DNA of 50,206 nucleotides from Perkinsus olseni (Eukaryota): NCBI GenBank assembly GCA_013115125.1, contig JABANN010000231.1, positions 1 to 50,206 of the forward strand, read 5' to 3'. Shown piece by piece: positions 44,500 to 50,206 of this stretch (position 1 is its first letter; each line of letters starts with the position of its first letter). The notes under the pieces were generated by a model. It saw only the letters and a program-made list of their open reading frames with translations, ran no database searches and was not told where the DNA came from. The position numbers and the translations under genes were made by a program.

Positions 44500-47400
44500 G
44501 TTTTCTGGTGACTGGAGCACCTCATAGATGCGTTCGACTGCATTTAGACATCTTCAAAGTATGTTTTTTTGTGGAATTTTCTAACTTTCTAAAAAAAATC
44601 CCGTTCAGATACGCCCCCGATGAATTACTGCAAGTACTAACCCGAGTTGCTCGTCACGATTCGGCACAGATTTCCGCGTGCAGAGGTACTATAGGATTTG
44701 TGTATCCGAGGTTTGACCCTAGGGTTTTACGGATTCTGAGAAGGTCGTCTCGTTTTCGCGCTGAAATTCGGAAGCGATCTCGCGACATGCATGTGTCAAC
44801 CTTGGATACGACAGATAAAAACATATGTACTAGCCGACCTGGGCTCGGTCTAGACAGGTTTCGAGCGGCTCTCATTTCCAGAGCTTCGCAGATTCTGAAA
44901 CTCCCATGGACGAGCTGCACGTCGAAGTGCCATCTTCTCGAAATTCTCATTTCGAAAATGCCCTGATCGCCGAAATTTCCCGTTTTTTCCATCTTTTCTG
45001 ACAAATACCGCTCTTCAGTCCTCGCCCGAAGATTCGGTCAGTCGGCCGGAGAATATTACCCCACCCAAATCGTCGAAGTCACGAGGCTCTTCCGAAGCAT
45101 CGGGTAGGGCATTCCGCTGCGCAGTCGAAGATTTCCCTTGCCCGGTCATCAAGATACGCGGATGCTTCGGTATGGGCGGCAGTGGCGGGTCGTGCGGATG
45201 ATGTGTTGGGAACAGCGAGCCCGAAGCGGCTGGTGCAATTTTTGGAGGTAAAAACGGAATTTTTCGCAATTTTCTTTTGGAAAAAAGGCGTGAAATTTCC
45301 AGGGAAATCACATTTCGAGATTTTTGTGTAGAAGTTTTCAGCTGCAATTTTTCACTGGGTCGATAGCGTGATGAAAAATTTTATTTTATCGAAAAAAATG
45401 GCGAGTAAATGTTTAATATTTTTCACGTGATTCGTCCTTTTTGTTTTAGTACGTCGGAGATCTCCAGCTGCCTCTCAGAGATCCTTCCATCTGGTCAGTG
45501 GCGAGGCCGAGTATCTTAGGTAGAAGCGAGGAAGATACAGAATAAGTTCCAGCTCTCCGAAGCTCTTTTTTGTCAGCTGTTTTGCCGCACATTCGAGGAG
45601 GGTTGGGAACTGTTATGGAGACTCTGGCTGCTCATGGCTGCAGAGATGAGTATATAATAGATGCCTTGATGGCCCAGGTAGTAGAACAAAAAATCGGCGG
45701 AGCGAAGCAGCGAAATTCGGGATTGGTTTGCCGTCGGGGCGATTGTGTCGAATTAGGTTCGTAGCGTTTTGACATTTTACCAAAATTTACGCAATTCTTA
45801 GGAACTTGAGAATCATTTTATTGGGTCGTGTGTAGCATTGGTGGTATCTTTGGTAGGCCCGAGTACTTTTTAGAGGAGGTGAGCTGTCTCTGAGTATCTT
45901 TGCCAGAGTCGTGGAATCTTATGGCTCACTACGGCCCGAGGCGGATAGTTTTGATAAGAATAGCGAAGTCATTCAAGGTGAGACTTTGAGCTCTTGCGGT
46001 GAATTTGGGTCAAACTTTTCCGAAAAATTGGGATGGGGAATTTTATGGAGGCGTGGTGCTGGGCATTGGGGCCTCGTTTGTAGTCTGCTCATCGTGAACG
46101 CTACTCTGGTTCGAGTTGGCCATGAATAAAGAACCGTAGGGTTTGATGGAGCTGTCACTGAATCTCGAAGTCATGATAGTGATAGTAGAACTTCGAGGGG
46201 GAACAATATAGCTGATGATCGGACAGGTGGCGATGGGGTATGATAGGCCTCGAGGCGACCTCCTTTCTGAGCGTTGCAGCATTCACCAACCTGAAAGGAG
46301 TATTGGGTTGTTGGTTGTATTCTAATATCAGAGCGAAAGTCGGCTTCCTCGAGTTATGAGTTGCATACCAAGAATTTGTGGAGGGGTCGTTACAGAGCGA
46401 AGATTTGAATTTGAGACATCATTGTGTGATGTAAGGACATTATTGGTTGGTTGAGCGTCGTGAAGGGAGTGTGTTTTTTGATGAAATTGAGCATGGTGAG
46501 GAAGCTCGATAGGTCCACTCGAGGACTTTGCGGATTTCAGGATACGTCAGTAGTGAAGAGGATTCGCCGAGCGATTGGTTGGTGTTGGCGGCAGCGGCTG
46601 AGCGCGTTGGAGATGAGGATATGCAGGTTGGTGATGGTCGAGAAAGATACGCGCTGCGCAGCCGGAAGATTTTAGGGATATTGTGATAAGCAGTGTGGGG
46701 GTTTGAGAGGCCGACTCGAGACGACGGCTCATTTAGAGAGAATGGGAATGGTTAAACTGGGTCATACCGCTGCCAAGGTAGGCTCCTACGTGACCTCTTT
46801 TGTATCTTACTCGCTTGAACCTGAGATACTCTGTCTCCGTAGGTGGGCTACCGATCCGATAAGTTCATAGAAGAGTTCGAGAACGTTTTAGAGCACACCA
46901 TCACTGCCGAGCCGAATTACGTAAGAATCAGGTCCCGGGTTCGAATCCCCCCTCGTCCATTTCTCCAGATCCATTCCCGACTGGTCTTTGCGTTCGCCGC
47001 CCTGGCATCCCTCCCGAGTACCGAGGCTGTGGTCTCCATCCTTCTGCAGTCCGAAGCCGTCAGAAAGGCAGTCAACAGCCTGCCGGTGCCTCATCTCCTG
47101 TAGGCTGCAACGAGTTCGTGGCTCTGAGGGCATCGACAATTATGTTGCTGAGTTGGGGGACTTTCCAGCTGCTTTTCTCCTGTAGATTATCAACAGAAAT
47201 TCGGCAGGGCTAAAGAATTTATGTCGAAAGTTAACATTAATTCATTGGGCTTGCGAAATTTCATATCAGAAAATTTCGTTTTTCTAACGCAACTGGGATT
47301 CCTTCAGGATGATGTTGTTCAATGCCACACTTTTCGTTACTCAGTTCGCTACTCAACGCCGCGGCCCTGGCTGGCATGCCTGGAGAGACTGAAGTCTGCG

Positions 47401-47543
47401 AGTCCCTCCGCCGCGCATTGCGAGTGACTGCATCTTCTTTGGATTTGAGGCAAAGGTATCTTTCAGCCGTTTCATCATCTTGCACCGCACGCGGAAGATT
47501 TTTCTCACCTCAGGCGGACGCTGTGGTTATCTACGTACAATGA
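44500..47543 (+). CDS. Hypothetical alpha-helical repeat protein (possibly HPR/OPR-like RNA-binding); boundaries approximate
   Basis: Exon pieces YAPDELLQVLTRVAR, YYPTQIVEVTRLF, ASPKRLVQFLE, LGTVMETLAAHGCRDEYIIDALMAQ and GYRSDKFIEEFENVL are separated by GT-AG introns. Confidence 0.5.
46921..46959 (+). other. tRNA 3'-half-like fragment making up most of a putative 48-nt intron (46921-46968)
   Basis: GTAA|GAATC|AGGTC|CCGGG|TTCGAAT|CCCCC|CTCGTCC|A then TTTCTCCAG. Confidence 0.65.
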
Positions 47544-48782
47544 GGAAGAGTTTGATTATTTACCGATTCCACCGCCTCTGCCGGCTCGAATGCCCTGGGG
47601 TGATTTTTTTTCGGATTTTTTTCTCTGATTTTTTGCTTTCTCAGATACCGATTATGAGTGCGAAGGAGTTGGAGCGTTCCAGTTGCCGATAGACGCTGAG
47701 GGCAAACTCATCATTTTCGTGAGTTTAGTAAATGTGCGTTATACTCGATGATCGAGTATCGATCAGGGTGATTTCGATGGATACGTAGTGAGTCAATAGT
47801 GTATCGGCTAATATGGCAGTATGTGGTTCAATAGTGTCGCTCGCCCTGACAGAACTCGTAGTCTGGTGATACAACAACGTCGTTGTTGTCGATAACTTGT
47901 TGACGGTTTTGTTGTAGGATGAGATGCGAGGCCCTCGAGTGCAATTAATGCAGAGAATTCTGAGTAGAGAAAGCGGAGAAGAAGTTGTTATTAAAAGCAT
48001 GAGAGGGTGATTTGTTTCTGACTCTATTCTGTTGTTGAATACTCTAACAGTTGGGGGCACTGAGATCGGATAATTGCACATTATCGAGGATAACGACCAC
48101 TTGTCGTGGATTTCCATAAGATCGAAGAATGGGACCATGAGTTGACCCAGCCGCGGAAGTATCGACTACCGCCCTTTGTCGAGAACGCTTTGAGCTGCGG
48201 ATATTATTGAATTTCGATGTTGAAATTCGTTTTGCGTTTGGTGCTGCGCACCGCACTCTCTCTAGGGAGGGCTCCCTTTCGAAGCCCAGCCTACTTTTCA
48301 TGAATATGCTGACCACCGCTCCGCTGCAGGCAGGAACATAGGGCTACGCATATGCTTGCCGTTGCTGCGTGTAACGGGGTTCGTGTTAATATGCAGGAAG
48401 AGATGCGGGGATGTACTCACTGATGAACACTACGAGTAGGGACTTGAGTTAAACTAGTACTTGTGACAATGAGAAGAGGCGAGTTATCAGAGGAGGTACG
48501 GAGTTAGCCGAGACAACGACCCAACGACAGGTTGGACACGCAGCTATGAAGGCCGCTGCACGCACTGGGAAGACTCGATCTTGAGCCAAGAGACACGGCA
48601 GTTTCTTTTATACCCTTGTCGAAGAATTAAGTGCCGAGGGGCCATGAATCGAAGTTGATCGCGCAGCCATGTCAGCTTTCTCCCCGAAATCGTCAGAGAA
48701 ACGGTTGTGCGCATCATCGCATCATCGCACAGGCAAGGATACACTCCCGCCGGGCGTACCGCTCCTCAACGCTATGTTGCCT

Positions 48783-49272
48783 TCAATACGAAAAGGGTAT
48801 TTCCCAGTATTTTCCCACTCCCGCAGTCTGGAGGAAATTTTTCGGGAAATTTTCGTACCCGGAAAGTGTAATAGATCTCTCGAAGTTGTTAATAAGGAGG
48901 GTATAAGATACCCTCGGAGGGTGTATTAGGTTCTCCTCATTAGGGTAATAAGTGTCACCGTAGCCCTCTATTACGATTAGCATTCTATCTGCTGGCTCGG
49001 CCAATAGCGGTGATAAGGAAGTTATCGATGTATTGATACCTTCCTATTTCGTCTCTGTCATAACTGAGCGTGGTGCCAGGACTGTTGCACGCTCGCACTG
49101 TACAACTTCAAGCTTGATATCTCCATAAAACTGCGGATTTAGATCGTGAACTCCGGAAGAAGATGACTAAACGATGCGACGATGGTTGACGATATGACCT
49201 CCGCTGCGTGGACTCAGAACAACCCAACACCACTGTCACTGCATACAACGTGAACAACAACAATAACAACAT
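48783..49272 (-). CDS. Hypothetical secreted protein, intron-containing; 3' end uncertain
   Basis: Signal-like MLLLLLFTLYAVTVVLG, then in-frame pieces GVHDLNPQFYGDIKLEV and LAEPADRMLIVIEGYGDTYYPNEE..KYWEIPF, each preceded by a TAG that can serve as an acceptor. Confidence 0.45.
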
Positions 49273-49347
49273 CAACAACAAAAGATTATCTTCTTGATAA
49301 GACTTCAGCCAACCTGCAGTGAATCGCAAAAGACCGCAGATATAGCC

Positions 49348-49869
49348 TCACTCATCCGGGGGGCTTATCTCGGTGTCACCGCGAAATTCGGTGACACTCC
49401 ACCCCTTTGTCTTCTGAGCGACATCAACGGCTCCCTTGGCCTCTTTGTAGTACGCTACGCACAAGTCTTCAAAAGTGCCGAGCGTCTTAACCACCGGAAT
49501 AGCAGCCGAGCACACTTCTTGAAGTGCGATTATCGCAAATCGCCTAGCTTCCGTCTTAGGAGGCTCTTCATCGTCTTCGTAAAGATCAGTGGTCGATCCA
49601 ATCATCGTCACGGCCGAGTATAGCCTATCCATTTTTCTGCGTAAAACAGAGGAGTTCAACGCCCTTATCGGATCCCGGCCAGTGTTTCTCGGAGTGCGCG
49701 AACCCCCGAAACTGTACATGCGCCCATAATTATCAGCCGTGCCCAGACAAAACCAGCTCAGACCGCTGTCGTCGTCGTACCTAAAAGAAAGTAGTGAAGA
49801 AAAGAAGGGGATATTGCCCTTACGCTGAACTGAAAGCGACATGTTTGGAACTTTCCGGGCAACGGACAC
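49348..49869 (-). CDS. Hypothetical lineage-specific protein (3' part; further 5' exons likely)
   Basis: 173-codon ORF with protein-like composition and an internal acceptor TTTTAG|GTAC near 49781. Confidence 0.5.
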   Translation of the reverse strand: MSVARKVPNMSLSVQRKGNIPFFSSLLSFRYDDDSGLSWFCLGTADNYGRMYSFGGSRTPRNTGRDPIRALNSSVLRRKMDRLYSAVTMIGSTTDLYEDDEEPPKTEARRFAIIALQEVCSAAIPVVKTLGTFEDLCVAYYKEAKGAVDVAQKTKGWSVTEFRGDTEISPPDE

Positions 49870-50206
49870 GTTGGGTTTGAAGCCCGGAATGGCTAATGAC
49901 GATTTTTAAGCCCTCTAGTAGAGTCCCTTCCGCACTCCAGCGTCGATAGTGACAATGAGTCAAGTTAGTTGTGGTCGAGGTGTATGACGTTCCGTTCTGT
50001 GGGGGATAATCCTGAGAGCGATGCAGCCCGGATAAGGGCAGTTACCGAAAGTCAGCTGCGGATGGATCCCAAACATGGTCTTAGATGTGACGGCGTCACA
50101 TTGACGCTATTGAAACCGGTGGATAACAGACACTAGCCATTTTAGAGTCTCTTACATCAGTAGGGGTGTTGTGTTGGGCAACTGAGCCGATAGCGGCAAC
50201 GAGGGG

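Noticed and set aside
48957-48965. ACCGTAGCC match to the spliced-leader 5' end
   Set aside because: Only 9 nt, diverges immediately and lies antisense within an ORF; expected by chance.

Overview
Intron-rich eukaryotic (protist) genomic DNA. Short GT-AG introns, tightly packed co-oriented genes and lineage-specific secreted-protein ORFs resemble the alveolate Perkinsus; this is an inference, not a database result. Well-supported genes: an RFC small subunit (+), PRP28/DDX23 DEAD-box helicase (-), a BTB/POZ (KCTD-like) protein (-), the PP2A activator PTPA (-), a SulP-STAS-cNMP transporter (-), an AAAP amino-acid permease (+) and a TPR plus alpha/beta-hydrolase-like protein (-). Several hypothetical genes are also present. 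The most striking signal is in the non-coding DNA of two gene blocks (~8.5-31.8 kb and ~39.7-47.7 kb). (1) Six tRNA 3'-half/B-box-like fragments all lie in GT..AG intron-like segments, three of them with the GTAAG donor exactly at tRNA anticodon-loop positions. (2) A/T tracts are phased at ~10-11 bp, like nematode PATCs. (3) A small vocabulary of repeated motifs recurs across unrelated genes (GTATCTT..AAGATAC micro-hairpins, GCGGAGCGAAGCG, GCGCGCCACGAAATT), and one intron is built almost entirely from them. All exon boundaries were inferred by eye.
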